Source: Kordiimonas sp.
GTDB taxonomy: Bacteria > Pseudomonadota > Alphaproteobacteria > Sphingomonadales > Kordiimonadaceae
Assembly (NCBI GenBank): GCA_963921265.3
Contig: OZ001196.2
Coordinates: 1,407,441-1,471,440, forward strand
Length of the DNA stretch: 64,000 nucleotides
Direction: 5' to 3'
This document shows, in pieces, positions 9,905 to 20,982 of this stretch (the stretch's first letter is position 1; each line of letters starts with the position of its first letter). The position numbers were made by a program, and so were the translations under genes. Under the pieces are notes generated by a model. The model ran no database searches, was not told where the DNA came from, and saw nothing but the letters and a program-made list of their open reading frames with translations.

Positions 9905-10279
9905 ATGTTCGCAGTTGTAAAAACTGGCGGTAAACAATACCGCGTTACCGAAGGCGATGTCCTGAAGGTTGAAAAACTGGACGCCGAAGTTGGTAAAAAA
10001 GTAAAGCTCGACGAAGTCCTGATGATTGGTGACGACAAGGGTGTTAAAGTAGGCGAGCCGCTCGTGAAAGGCGCGAATGTAACCGCTGAAGTTCTCGAGC
10101 AGAAAAAAGACAAGAAAATCACGGTCTTCAAAAAGAAGCGCCGTCACAACTACCGCCGTAAAAAAGGCCATCGCCAACAAATTACGGTCCTGCGTGTGAC
10201 GAAGATCGCTAAAACCGCAGCCAAGAAAGCACCTGCGAAGAAGGCCGCAACAGAAACCAAAGAAGCTGCAGCCGAATAA
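9905..10279 (+). CDS. rplU: 50S ribosomal protein L21 (with Lys/Ala-rich C-terminal tail)
   Basis: [14 protein letters not shown]... with SD AGAAAGGAA upstream. The tail is [23 protein letters not shown]. Confidence 0.95.
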   Translation: MFAVVKTGGKQYRVTEGDVLKVEKLDAEVGKKVKLDEVLMIGDDKGVKVGEPLVKGANVTAEVLEQKKDKKITVFKKKRRHNYRRKKGHRQQITVLRVTKIAKTAAKKAPAKKAATETKEAAAE

Positions 10280-10309
10280 GGCGCGGTACAGTATAAGGAG
10301 TAACCTCTC

Positions 10310-10561
10310 ATGGCTCACAAAAAAGCTGGTGGTAGTTCCCGTAACGGCCGCGACAGTATTGGTCGCCGCTTGGGTGTAAAAAAATTCGGCGGTGAGAATG
10401 TTCTTGCCGGCAACATCATTGTTCGTCAGCGTGGCACCAAATGGTACCCTGGCGAAAATGTTGGCATGGGCAAAGACCACACGCTGTTCGCGCTTGTGGA
10501 AGGCCAGGTTAAGTTTTCCAAAGGCAAAGGCGACCGTGCTTTTGTTTCTGTTGTAAACTAA
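10310..10561 (+). CDS. rpmA: 50S ribosomal protein L27
   Basis: [25 protein letters not shown]...[12 protein letters not shown] is the canonical L27 N-terminus. Confidence 0.95.
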   Translation: MAHKKAGGSSRNGRDSIGRRLGVKKFGGENVLAGNIIVRQRGTKWYPGENVGMGKDHTLFALVEGQVKFSKGKGDRAFVSVVN

Positions 10562-10587
10562 GCCAACTAACAAACTGTTTCGAAGAA

Positions 10588-10613
10588 GGCGGGCCAAAAG
10601 GTCCGCCTTTTTT
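10588..10613 (+). terminator. Rho-independent terminator after rpmA
   Basis: GGCGGGCC-AAAA-GGTCCGCC stem-loop followed by TTTTTT. Confidence 0.7.
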
Positions 10614-10747
10614 ATTTGCTTTCAATAGTTTGTGCACTGTTAACACTTTATATACAATTTTATGGAGAAATATAGCCTGCATAGGTTTAGCAAGCTTGGG
10701 GCGTGCCTGGTGGTGCATTGGGGTCCACCGTACGCAAGGAGCTATTG

Positions 10748-12913
10748 ATGGAGAAGTTTCTCAACCAGTTTGGCATCGGAACCCGCATACTGTCGCAAAT
10801 ATTTGTGCCAATGATACTGATTGTAGGGCTGGCAATTGCCCTGGGATTGGAAGCCTATAGTTCTTCACGAGAAGCAGCCGCAATCAATCAAGTTGTGCGG
10901 TTTGCTCCAAATATCAGTGACCTTATTCACGAGCTCCAAAAAGAGCGAGGTCGGTCAGCTGCCTATCTGGACACCAATGGTGCCACGCGAGCGCGCAGTG
11001 CGCTGCTCGACCAGAGGGCACTCGTGGATGGGAAGCTGACAGAATATCTGTCCGCCCATAGCGCATTCCCTTTCGCCGAGTATGAGCCCACCCTGCGCAC
11101 TCGCCTATCTGAAGCCAATCGCATTTTAGACACGCTGCCAAGAATGCGCGGCCGCATTGACGAGCTGGGTGTCCCCGTCGCAGCCATGGTCGATTTCTAT
11201 TCGGGCAGCATTGAATCCCTGTTTTTTGCCATGAAAGGCATTGCGCTCACGACCACAGACGCCGCGATAACAAGGGAATTTAAGTCTTTCGTCAGTCTGC
11301 AAATGGCAAAAAACTATGCTGGCCTTCAACGAACGGCGGGCAATTTGGGGTTCAACAATGGGGCCTTTGAGCCAGCTGGCCTGAAAGATTTTTATGACCT
11401 TGCTGCAACGGAAAATGCGTACTTGAGCACCTTTAAGGATTTCTCCCCTCGCGTTGTGTCTCGCTATTTCGGCGACACTGTCCAAGGTAGTTCGGTCGAC
11501 GTGGTTCAAGATATGCGCGCCTATGTGCTTGCATCAAACGGACAGGTAGGCACCGAGACCTATACAGGGCAGCAATGGTTCAATTTAACCACCGATCGCA
11601 TCAACCTCATGAATGAAGTAGTCAAGTTTGCCAACCAGAATATATTGAGCGCAACTGCCGCTTTGGCACAACAATCCAAGGCTTATCTCTCAATGGTGAT
11701 CGGGCTTGTTGTCATAGCTGGTGTCGGCGTGGTTGCATTTTCGCTTGTTGTTTATCGCAGCATTGCCAAACCGATGTCACGGCTGGAGCGCAACATGACC
11801 GCTATTGGTGAAGGCGATCTCTCGACCGATGTGCCCTACACCGATTATGGCAGTTCAATTGGCAAGCTTGCCAACTCCATCGACGAGTTGAAAACCAACA
11901 ATATTCAAAGACTGAAACTGGAGCGCGAAGCCAAACAAGCGGAACTCGAACGTCAACAAAAGGAAGAAACCCACCGACAACAAGAAGCTGAAAATTTGGC
12001 TCGTGAACGCGAAAAAGAGAGAAAAATTGCTGAGCTGCAGCAGTTTAAGGTGGAACAATCAGAAAAGCTGACGGCCGAATTTGAAGAGCAAGTCACATTT
12101 CTTGTGAAAGCCCTTACCATGGCAGCCAGCGAGCTCGACAACACCTCTCGCGCGATGGCTGATCAAGCACGGGAAAACAAGGATCAAAGTGGTCACGCTG
12201 TAGAAGCCTCCACGCAAACCGATGCAAATGTTCAGACCGTAGCGTCCGCCAGCGAAGAACTGGCTGCGTCCATCACTGAAATCCAGCGGCAGGTTGAACG
12301 ATCAACGTCTATTACAGCAACCGCAGATGAGCGTGCCGGTGAAGCAGTGATGGTTGCTGAAACGCTGAAACAGTCTTCCGAAATGGTGGGTGAAATTGTG
12401 GAGCTCATCAACAGTATCGCCGCGCAGACCAACTTGCTGGCGCTTAATGCCACTATCGAGGCGGCGCGCGCCGGCGAAGCTGGAAAAGGGTTTGCCGTGG
12501 TCGCACATGAGGTAAAAGACCTGGCAAGCCAGACAGCGCAGGCAACAGAGCAGATTGCGACACAGGTTGCCAGCATCCAAGAAGTATCTTTAGACATTAC
12601 GGAGGCAATTTCTTCAATTAAAGATGCGGTTGGAGAAACGGCAGAAACCACGTCTGCGGTCGCGGCTGCCATTGAGCAACAATCAGCGGCAACAGCTGAA
12701 ATCGCACGTAACGCGCAAGAGGCCCAACTGAGCACCCGCGAGGTAGGAGAACGCCTGCATTCGGTTCACGAAGTCGCAGAGCGTACACAGTCGTCATCGC
12801 AGAATGTGGCCAGCTCCTCCGACTCGCTTGCGTCGCAAACAGGGGCACTGCAATCCCAATTCACCGATTTTGTGAAAAAAATCACCCGCATTCAACAGGC
12901 AGACGCGGCCTAA
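10748..12913 (+). CDS. Methyl-accepting chemotaxis protein with periplasmic NIT (nitrate/nitrite-sensing type) domain
   Basis: ATG 10748 follows AAGGAG. Order of parts: TM1, NIT-like [14 protein letters not shown] and a second [12 protein letters not shown] repeat, TM2, HAMP, a charged coiled coil, then the MCP signalling core ([36 protein letters not shown]). Confidence 0.9.
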   Translation: MEKFLNQFGIGTRILSQIFVPMILIVGLAIALGLEAYSSSREAAAINQVVRFAPNISDLIHELQKERGRSAAYLDTNGATRARSALLDQRALVDGKLTEYLSAHSAFPFAEYEPTLRTRLSEANRILDTLPRMRGRIDELGVPVAAMVDFYSGSIESLFFAMKGIALTTTDAAITREFKSFVSLQMAKNYAGLQRTAGNLGFNNGAFEPAGLKDFYDLAATENAYLSTFKDFSPRVVSRYFGDTVQGSSVDVVQDMRAYVLASNGQVGTETYTGQQWFNLTTDRINLMNEVVKFANQNILSATAALAQQSKAYLSMVIGLVVIAGVGVVAFSLVVYRSIAKPMSRLERNMTAIGEGDLSTDVPYTDYGSSIGKLANSIDELKTNNIQRLKLEREAKQAELERQQKEETHRQQEAENLAREREKERKIAELQQFKVEQSEKLTAEFEEQVTFLVKALTMAASELDNTSRAMADQARENKDQSGHAVEASTQTDANVQTVASASEELAASITEIQRQVERSTSITATADERAGEAVMVAETLKQSSEMVGEIVELINSIAAQTNLLALNATIEAARAGEAGKGFAVVAHEVKDLASQTAQATEQIATQVASIQEVSLDITEAISSIKDAVGETAETTSAVAAAIEQQSAATAEIARNAQEAQLSTREVGERLHSVHEVAERTQSSSQNVASSSDSLASQTGALQSQFTDFVKKITRIQQADAA

Positions 12914-12931
12914 ATCATAGCTGTACACTGA

Positions 12932-12953
12932 GGAGCCTCGAATTCGAGGCTCC
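12932..12953 (+). terminator. Perfect 22-nt palindrome, probable terminator hairpin after the MCP gene
   Basis: GGAGCCTCGAATTCGAGGCTCC lies 19 nt after the stop. The downstream tract is only weakly T-rich. Confidence 0.45.
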
Positions 12954-13024
12954 GTCCTTCCCACTTGTCCAATAAATAAGGCTTTTTCTTCGATAGCGTG
13001 CTTTCGCAGTCTTTGTTGATCTGA

Positions 13025-14104
<1,080 letters not shown>

Positions 14105-14118
14105 GGAGCATGGCAATC

Positions 14119-15246
14119 ATGACATCTGGCTTGCTCACAGATCAGCTTCATTCAGCCAACCGTATCGTCATAAAAATTGGCTCGGCCCTTTTGGTGGAGG
14201 GCGGTGAACTGCGCCAGGACTGGCTAACAGCTTTGTGCGCTGACATCGCCGCACTGGTGGACGACGGCAAACAAGTTGCACTAGTGTCCTCGGGCGCCGT
14301 GGCCCTTGGCTTGAAAGGACTTGGCTTCAAAACACGCAGCAACCGTTTGGAAGACGCTCAAGCTGCTGCCGCTGTTGGGCAAATCAAGCTGGCGCAAGCT
14401 TACCAGTCAGGCTTCGCCGCCCTTGATCTGACCATCGCCCAAATTCTTTTGACGCTTGAGGACCTCGAGCACCGCCCGCGGTACCTGAACGCCCGCAATA
14501 CCGTTGAAACGCTACTCGAAAAAGGTGTTATTCCGGTTTTCAATGAAAACGACAGTGTGGCAACCAGTGAAATTCGTTTTGGTGACAATGACAGATTGGC
14601 GGCCCGCGTTGCGCAGATGATGGGCGCAGACTTGCTCGTGCTTCTCAGCGATATTGATGGGCTTTATACAAAGGATCCACGCCGCAACGAAGAAGCTGAA
14701 TTTGTTGCGCATGTTCCTGAAATTACGCCAGAAATTGAAGCCATGGCCGGCCCTCCTGCCGAAGTTACTGTTGGCACAGGCGGCATGGTCACCAAATTGC
14801 TAGCGGCAAAAATCGCCGTTTCCGGTGGCTGCTCCATGGTAATCATGGATGGCGGGGCCCCCTCCCCCATCAAGCGTTTGCAGCAGGGAGAACGTGCGAC
14901 TTTGTTTACGGCCAAATCAGACCCTCTCACACTGCGCAAGCAATGGATTCAGGGCATGATGGCGCCAAAGGGTTTTTTGCACATCGATGCCGGTGCCGTT
15001 GCTGCACTTGAAAAAGGCGCAAGCCTGTTGCCGGCCGGTGTAACGTCCGTGGAGGGCAGTTTCGGGCGTGGTGACATGGTTGCCTGTATGGGCCCGGATG
15101 GCCATTTGGTCGCTCAGGGCATTGTTGCTTATGATTCGATCGACGCTGACAGAATTGCTGGTGTAAAATCCGCCGATGTGATCCATATTCTAGGCTATGT
15201 GGGTCGTGCAAACCTGATCCACCGCAATGACCTGGTTCTGATTTAG
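14119..15246 (+). CDS. proB: Glutamate 5-kinase
   Basis: [37 protein letters not shown] and a C-terminal PUA domain. Alternative starts are 14089 and 14110. Confidence 0.9.
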   Translation: MTSGLLTDQLHSANRIVIKIGSALLVEGGELRQDWLTALCADIAALVDDGKQVALVSSGAVALGLKGLGFKTRSNRLEDAQAAAAVGQIKLAQAYQSGFAALDLTIAQILLTLEDLEHRPRYLNARNTVETLLEKGVIPVFNENDSVATSEIRFGDNDRLAARVAQMMGADLLVLLSDIDGLYTKDPRRNEEAEFVAHVPEITPEIEAMAGPPAEVTVGTGGMVTKLLAAKIAVSGGCSMVIMDGGAPSPIKRLQQGERATLFTAKSDPLTLRKQWIQGMMAPKGFLHIDAGAVAALEKGASLLPAGVTSVEGSFGRGDMVACMGPDGHLVAQGIVAYDSIDADRIAGVKSADVIHILGYVGRANLIHRNDLVLI

Positions 15247-15263
15247 GGAATAAGAGTGGCCTT

Positions 15264-16529
15264 ATGTTTGACGAAAAAAACATTGAAAGCATGATGGATG
15301 ACCTTGGGGCGCGTGCTCGCAATGCGGCATCGGCCCTTGCGCTCGCGTCTACGCAGGCCAAAAACAAAGCCCTTCTGGAGGCAGCGAAGTCGCTGCGGGC
15401 ACGTAGCCAAGAAATTTTAGTGGCCAATGAAAAAGATGTCGCTTTTGGTAAAGACAAAGGCCTTTCAGCTGCAATGATTGACCGGCTTCAGCTTGACGGC
15501 GAACGCATTGAGGGTATCGCCGCCGGCCTTGAAGCCATTGCGGATTTGGATGACCCTGTCGGCGACGAGATGACGCGCTGGAGCCGCCCCAATGGCCTCG
15601 ATATCGCGCGGGTGCGTGTGCCACTGGGTGTTATTGGCGTCATTTATGAGAGCCGCCCCAACGTAACAGCAGACGCTGGCGCCCTGTGCCTCAAAGCCGG
15701 GAATGCGGTAATTCTGCGCGGTGGTAGCGAGAGCTTCCATTCCAGCGGCGCAATCCATCAATGCCTGCTTGATGGTTTGAAAGCCGCTGAACTGCCTGAA
15801 GATGCCATTCAACTGGTGCCAACCCGCGACCGCGCCGCAGTTGGCAAGATGCTAACGATGTCAGGCATAATCGACATCATTGTGCCTCGTGGCGGTCGCT
15901 CGCTTGTGGAAAGGGTGCAAAACGAGAGCCGTGTGCCTGTATTTGCCCACTTGGAGGGTATTTGCCATGTGTTCCTGCACGAAAAAGCCGAATTTCAGAA
16001 GGCGCTGGATATAACCCTCAATGCCAAGATGCGACGCACAGGAATTTGTGGTTCGGCGGAAACTCTATTGGTGGACAAAGCCGTAGCAGATATGTTGCCC
16101 GCGATACTCGATGCTTTGATTGATGCAGGCTGTGAGGTGCGAGGTGATACAACCGTTCTCGAGATGCACGACAAAGTCGTTCTGGCAACAGAAGCGGACT
16201 GGACCACAGAATATCTGGATGCAGTTCTGTCTGTGAAAGTTGTCGGCGGCCTTGAGGGTGCGCTAAATCACATCGCCAACTATTCATCCAATCATACCGA
16301 CTGTATCGTCACGGAAGACGCGGTGGCAGCGGAAGAGTTTCTGAACAAGGTCGATAGCGCCATCGTTATGCATAACGCCTCCACGCAGTTTGCCGACGGC
16401 GGAGAATTTGGCATGGGCGCAGAGATTGGTATCGCGACCGGTCGCATTCACGCGCGTGGCCCCGTCGGGCTCGAGCAACTGACAAGCTTCAAGTATCAGG
16501 TGCGTGGCACCGGGCAAACTCGGCCTTAG
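15264..16529 (+). CDS. proA: Gamma-glutamyl phosphate reductase
   Basis: 421 aa aldehyde-dehydrogenase fold with typical ProA motifs [15 protein letters not shown] and [13 protein letters not shown]. Confidence 0.9.
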   Translation: MFDEKNIESMMDDLGARARNAASALALASTQAKNKALLEAAKSLRARSQEILVANEKDVAFGKDKGLSAAMIDRLQLDGERIEGIAAGLEAIADLDDPVGDEMTRWSRPNGLDIARVRVPLGVIGVIYESRPNVTADAGALCLKAGNAVILRGGSESFHSSGAIHQCLLDGLKAAELPEDAIQLVPTRDRAAVGKMLTMSGIIDIIVPRGGRSLVERVQNESRVPVFAHLEGICHVFLHEKAEFQKALDITLNAKMRRTGICGSAETLLVDKAVADMLPAILDALIDAGCEVRGDTTVLEMHDKVVLATEADWTTEYLDAVLSVKVVGGLEGALNHIANYSSNHTDCIVTEDAVAAEEFLNKVDSAIVMHNASTQFADGGEFGMGAEIGIATGRIHARGPVGLEQLTSFKYQVRGTGQTRP

Positions 16530-16534
16530 GCAAA

Positions 16535-17164
16535 ATGCGCTCAGCTGAAAAGTCTTTCTCCCTGATCCGCCACGCCAACAAATGGCGTGGCAAACGGGTT
16601 GGGCTTTACGGTGGCAGTTTCAACCCTGCCCATGAAGGCCACATCCATGTGGCTTCTGAGGCACTCAAAAGGCTGGGCCTGGATGCCATCTGGCTCATGG
16701 TCAGCCCGGGCAACCCGCTTAAACAACAGTCTGGCATGGCAAAGCGGAAGCGACGCAAAAAAAGTTTAAGGGTGCTGGTTGGTAATCGCCCCCGCATGAT
16801 CGTCACTGATATCGAAAAAAAAATCGGCACACGCTACAGCGCCGACACCGTTCGCGCGCTCAAGTCAGGCATGCCGCAAACAGACTTTGTATGGCTGATG
16901 GGTGCGGACAATTTGCAGAGTTTCCACCTGTGGCAAGAATGGCAATCCATCGCCCGCACACTACCCATTGCGGTTTTTGACCGGCCGGGGTATTCTGTCA
17001 GCGGCTTAAACAGCAAGTTTGCACGGCAATTCGCCAACTTCCGCGTTTCACCAGGCATGCTTTTGAAAGCCAGTGCACCGGCCTGGACCTTTGTGCAAAT
17101 GCCAAGACACAGCGGTTCAGCCACAAGTATCCGCCTCCATAAAGGCAATAAATGGTGGCGATAG
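16535..17164 (+). CDS. nadD: Nicotinate-nucleotide adenylyltransferase
   Basis: GLYGGSFNPAHEGH (the HxGH nucleotidyltransferase motif) and SATSIR near the C-terminus. Lies in the conserved obg-proBA-nadD-rsfS-rlmH order. Confidence 0.85.
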   Translation: MRSAEKSFSLIRHANKWRGKRVGLYGGSFNPAHEGHIHVASEALKRLGLDAIWLMVSPGNPLKQQSGMAKRKRRKKSLRVLVGNRPRMIVTDIEKKIGTRYSADTVRALKSGMPQTDFVWLMGADNLQSFHLWQEWQSIARTLPIAVFDRPGYSVSGLNSKFARQFANFRVSPGMLLKASAPAWTFVQMPRHSGSATSIRLHKGNKWWR

Positions 17165-17180
17165 ATGAAAGGAAACCTAC

Positions 17181-17600
17181 TTGCACGCATCATCGGAGAC
17201 GCATAGCGTCACTGATCCTGTCCCGGCAATGAGTGCCGAGGATCTTTTGAAATCCGTCATTGCATCCCTGGATGACAACAAGGCGGAAGATATCACTTCC
17301 ATCGATTTAGCAGGCAAAACCGGCATTGCAGACTTTATGGTCATTGCAAGCGGTCGTTCGCAGCGTCAGGTTGCGGCACTGACTGATTATGTCGTCAAGG
17401 GCCTGAAAGCGCTTGGCCACAAGGACATGATCGTTCAGGGCCTTGAACAAGCTGATTGGGTGCTGATTGATGTTGGTGATGTGATTGTTCACATTTTCCG
17501 TCCGGAAGTGAGAAGCTTCTACAATCTGGACAAGATGTGGGCGACTGACATTGAAGAAAACGCCGACGACAACGCTGGCGAAGAGCGCGTACTGAACTAG
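17181..17600 (+). CDS. rsfS: Ribosome silencing factor RsfS
   Basis: LDDNKAEDITSIDL.GK..IADFMVIASG.S.RQV, DWVLIDVGDVIVHIF and R.FYNLDKMW. The start is uncertain (TTG 17181 or ATG 17229). Confidence 0.85.
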   Translation: MHASSETHSVTDPVPAMSAEDLLKSVIASLDDNKAEDITSIDLAGKTGIADFMVIASGRSQRQVAALTDYVVKGLKALGHKDMIVQGLEQADWVLIDVGDVIVHIFRPEVRSFYNLDKMWATDIEENADDNAGEERVLN

Positions 17601-17605
17601 GTTTC

Positions 17606-17628
17606 TGCCGTCAGGGTATCTGACGGCA
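17606..17628 (+). terminator. Intra-operon stem-loop between rsfS and rlmH (possible attenuator or processing site)
   Basis: TGCCGTCAG-GGTAT-CTGACGGCA is a perfect 9-bp stem followed by TTTGGG. Confidence 0.35.
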
Positions 17629-17678
17629 TTTGGGAACCCAGTTCTTTTTAACCGGGCGAAAGCTTCGGAGAAGGTTCC

Positions 17679-18140
17679 TTGCACATTTCAATCATAGCGG
17701 TTGGGCGCATGCAGCGCGGTCCAGAGCAAATGCTGATGGACGATTATTTGCGTCGTCTGCCCTGGAAAACCTCTGTCACCGAAATCGATATAAAAAAGCA
17801 GGCTGCCAACGCTGAAGAACGTAAGGCGCGCGAGGCCGAGCGACTGCTCGCGGCCGTGCCAGACGGCGCCGCACTTGTTGTGCTTGATGAGCATGGAAAG
17901 GCCCTCACCTCAAGGAGTTTAGCCAGCAAAGTCGATGACTGGCAATCTGCCGGTTATAGTCACATCGCGTTTATGATTGGTGGCGCAGACGGGTTACACA
18001 ACTCTGTGCTCGCGCGAGCAGACCTAAAATTGGCTTTCGGTGCGCTTACATGGCCGCACATGATGGTACGCGCCATGATTTCTGAACAAATTTACCGCGC
18101 TTGGTCGATTAATGCTGGGCATCCGTATCATCGCGATTAA
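17679..18140 (+). CDS. rlmH: 23S rRNA (pseudouridine1915-N3)-methyltransferase RlmH
   Basis: 153 aa SPOUT family: IIAVGR, LDE.GK..TS, F.IGGADG, LTWPH...R....EQIYRA. Confidence 0.9.
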   Translation: MHISIIAVGRMQRGPEQMLMDDYLRRLPWKTSVTEIDIKKQAANAEERKAREAERLLAAVPDGAALVVLDEHGKALTSRSLASKVDDWQSAGYSHIAFMIGGADGLHNSVLARADLKLAFGALTWPHMMVRAMISEQIYRAWSINAGHPYHRD

Positions 18141-18175
18141 ACTACCAGCCTGTTTTTAAGTCAGGATTAAAACCC

Positions 18176-19750
18176 ATGAGCCAATACTCATCTTCAGTTC
18201 AAAAACCTGTTGTCCTTTGCATCCTTGATGGATGGGGTTACCGCGAAGAACTGGCCGACAACGCCATTAAGCAGGCAAACACACCGACATATGACCGGCT
18301 GTGGAACCAGTGCCCGCGCGCCTGGCTGAAAACCAGTGGCCTTGCCGTTGGCTTGCCAGACGGGCAGATGGGCAATTCCGAAGTCGGGCATATGAATTTG
18401 GGTGGTGGCCGTGTTGTATTGCAGGACCTGCCGCGCGTTGATGACGCTATTGAGACCGGTGCAATGGCCGCAAATCCGGAATTGGTTTCATTCATCGATC
18501 AGCTGAAAGCAAGTGGCGGCTCAGCTCACTTGATGGGTCTCTTGTCACCCGGCGGCGTACACAGTCACCAGGACCATATGGCAGCACTTGCCAACATTTT
18601 GTCAGCGGAAGGCATTAAGGTGCATATTCATGCCTTCCTGGATGGCCGCGATACGCCGCCACAATCTGCGCTGGAATTCATTGAAAAGTTCGAGACGGAC
18701 CTGAATGCACCGGACCTCTCAAAAATAGCGACAGTGACCGGTCGCTATTACGCCATGGACCGGGACAAGCGCTGGGACCGCGTTGAGCGCGCTTATGCCG
18801 CCCTGACCACCGCAACAGCAGAGCAGACGGCCAACAGTGCATCTGAAGCTGTTGAGCAAGCTTACGCCCGCGGAGAAAACGACGAGTTTACCGCGGCAAC
18901 CATCATCGGCGACTATGCTGGTATGGCGGAAGGTGACGGTCTGTTGATGGCGAATTTCCGTGCAGACCGGGCGCGGGAGATTTTGACGGCGCTTCTCGAC
19001 CCGGCTTTTGATGGGTTCGAGCGGGCAAAGGTGCCTCAGTTTGCCGCCACACTTGGCATGGTAGAGTATTCAACAGCACTGAGCGAATTCCACCCCATAC
19101 TGTTTCCACCTCTTGAGATCAAAAATGGCCTTGGCGAGGTGTTGGCAGACAATAATGTGCCGCAACTCCGTATCGCGGAGACGGAAAAGTATGCGCACGT
19201 CACTTTCTTCTTCAATGGTGGCATTGAGCCGGTGTTTGAAGGTGAAGATCGCATTCTGGTGCCCTCGCCTGACGTCGCTACATATGACCTGAAGCCCGAG
19301 ATGTCTGCCCCCGAGGTGACAGACAAGCTCGTGGACGCGATCAAGAGCGGCAAATACGGCACAATCATCGTCAACTTCGCTAACCCGGATATGGTGGGCC
19401 ATACGGGTGTAATGAGTGCAGCAATTAAAGCAGTGGAAACCATTGATACGTGCCTGGCCCGCCTTGAAGAGGCTGTTCATGCTTCTGGCGCCGCGATGCT
19501 GATCACTGCGGACCACGGCAATGTAGAAATGATGATGGACCACGACAGTGGCCAGCCACATACCGCCCACACGTCATTCGATGTACCGGTCATTATGGTG
19601 AACCACGACATGGTGATTGAGGATGGCAGCCTTGCTGATGCTGCGCCCTCTATGCTGCACATAATGGGCCTGAGGCAACCCGTTGAAATGACGGGCCGCA
19701 ATCTGGTAACTGATATACCCTTCCGAGCCGAGGAACAGCAAACTGCTTAA
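18176..19750 (+). CDS. gpmI: 2,3-bisphosphoglycerate-independent phosphoglycerate mutase
   Basis: 524 aa with iPGM motifs: LCILDGWG, GNSEVGH.NLG.GR, HLMGLLS.GGVHSH, NFANPDMVGHTG, TADHGN. Confidence 0.9.
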   Translation: MSQYSSSVQKPVVLCILDGWGYREELADNAIKQANTPTYDRLWNQCPRAWLKTSGLAVGLPDGQMGNSEVGHMNLGGGRVVLQDLPRVDDAIETGAMAANPELVSFIDQLKASGGSAHLMGLLSPGGVHSHQDHMAALANILSAEGIKVHIHAFLDGRDTPPQSALEFIEKFETDLNAPDLSKIATVTGRYYAMDRDKRWDRVERAYAALTTATAEQTANSASEAVEQAYARGENDEFTAATIIGDYAGMAEGDGLLMANFRADRAREILTALLDPAFDGFERAKVPQFAATLGMVEYSTALSEFHPILFPPLEIKNGLGEVLADNNVPQLRIAETEKYAHVTFFFNGGIEPVFEGEDRILVPSPDVATYDLKPEMSAPEVTDKLVDAIKSGKYGTIIVNFANPDMVGHTGVMSAAIKAVETIDTCLARLEEAVHASGAAMLITADHGNVEMMMDHDSGQPHTAHTSFDVPVIMVNHDMVIEDGSLADAAPSMLHIMGLRQPVEMTGRNLVTDIPFRAEEQQTA

Positions 19751-20945
19751 GGTCACACTCTCGTTCCTTGTTTTGACGGCAGGCACCTTAATGGTGCCAG
19801 CACCGACACTTGCTCAAGAGTCGTCTGATGACGCAAAACAAAAACTGGAAGAGATTGAGGCCGAAATCGAGGCTAGCAGACGACAACAGGATATTCTTGA
19901 GCGTCAAAGCCGGCGCGCACGACAGCAAGCCGATGCTCTATCTGCTGATCTCATCGAAAGTGCGCGCACTGTCCAGTTGGCGGAGGGAAACATTTCACGA
20001 ATTGAAATTCGTATTCAGGACCTGGAGGTTGAAACCGAAGCCAAGCGTGATGAGCTGCTGTCCAACAACGAAAATATTGTGGAATTGATAGCTGCCATTG
20101 AGCGACTGTCAAAAAGGCCTGCGGTTCTAACATTGCTCAAACCGGATGATGCGCTAACAACAGCGAGATCAACTGGTCTCATGGCATCGCTGGTACCCCT
20201 GATTGACGAGCGAGCTGCCACCTTACGAACTGACCTGGAAATTCTGGCAAAAATTCAAACAGACTTGTCGAACGAGCGCTTTAGTCTGAAAAACGAATTG
20301 CAGGCCTTAACCAATAATCAAGATAGATTGGCTAATCTGCTTGAAGAACGGAGGGCGGAAGCCGGGCAGGCGAACCAACGTGCGCAGCAACTGGGACGTG
20401 AGTTAAGCGAGTTTGCCGACGAAGCCCGGTCTTTGCGTGAATTGATCGCGAAACTGGAACAGCAGGCCGCAAACCAGCGTGCTGTAGCGCCCAGGCGTGA
20501 TAGACCAGACGCAATTGAGCGGCCATTCAGCAGCCTGGGGCGAGCACTTGGCGAACTGAAGGGGCAATTGCCCTACCCGGCTGTTGGGCCAATTGTCCAA
20601 AGGTTTGGTGTGCAGGACGGTGCCACAACCGCAAAGGGTATTCGCATTCGTGCGCGGGACGGAGCACAAGTGATTTCACCCTATGATGGCAGCATCGTTT
20701 ATGCAGGTCCGTTCAGAAATTATGGTCTATTGTTGATCATCGACCATGGAGGCGGTTACCATAGTCTTCTGGCCGGATTTGAGACGCTTCAGAGCGCCGT
20801 CGGCCAATGGGTTTTGATGGGCGAGCCTGTCGGAACCATGCCAGATGTATCTGCAGAGGGCAGCTTGTATCTGGAACTTCGTCGAGGGGGTGAGGCGATC
20901 AATCCGTTACCCTGGTTGCAACGGCAATCAGCTGTGGCTCGGTGA
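19743..20945 (+). CDS. EnvC-like murein hydrolase activator (coiled coil plus M23/LytM domain)
   Basis: Long coiled coil followed by a LytM domain (GIRIRARDGAQVISPYDGSIVYAG..YG.LLIIDHGGGYHSLL). The start is uncertain. CTG 19743 has GAGGAA 7 nt upstream and would give a full signal peptide. The first canonical start is TTG 19773. Confidence 0.75.
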   Translation: MLKVTLSFLVLTAGTLMVPAPTLAQESSDDAKQKLEEIEAEIEASRRQQDILERQSRRARQQADALSADLIESARTVQLAEGNISRIEIRIQDLEVETEAKRDELLSNNENIVELIAAIERLSKRPAVLTLLKPDDALTTARSTGLMASLVPLIDERAATLRTDLEILAKIQTDLSNERFSLKNELQALTNNQDRLANLLEERRAEAGQANQRAQQLGRELSEFADEARSLRELIAKLEQQAANQRAVAPRRDRPDAIERPFSSLGRALGELKGQLPYPAVGPIVQRFGVQDGATTAKGIRIRARDGAQVISPYDGSIVYAGPFRNYGLLLIIDHGGGYHSLLAGFETLQSAVGQWVLMGEPVGTMPDVSAEGSLYLELRRGGEAINPLPWLQRQSAVAR

Positions 20946-20982
20946 ATGAGAGAGTTAGAAGTAAGTGATGAAAGGTATCCAC

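Noticed and set aside
9848-10597. A 249-aa minus-strand ORF covers the rplU-rpmA region.
   Set aside because: It is an antisense shadow of two unmistakable ribosomal-protein genes. Its translation is low complexity (F/L/A/T-rich) with no recognisable motif.
12932-12953. I considered whether the perfect 22-nt palindrome containing GAATTC is a regulatory or restriction-related site.
   Set aside because: Its position 19 nt after the MCP stop codon is explained most simply as a transcription-terminator hairpin.
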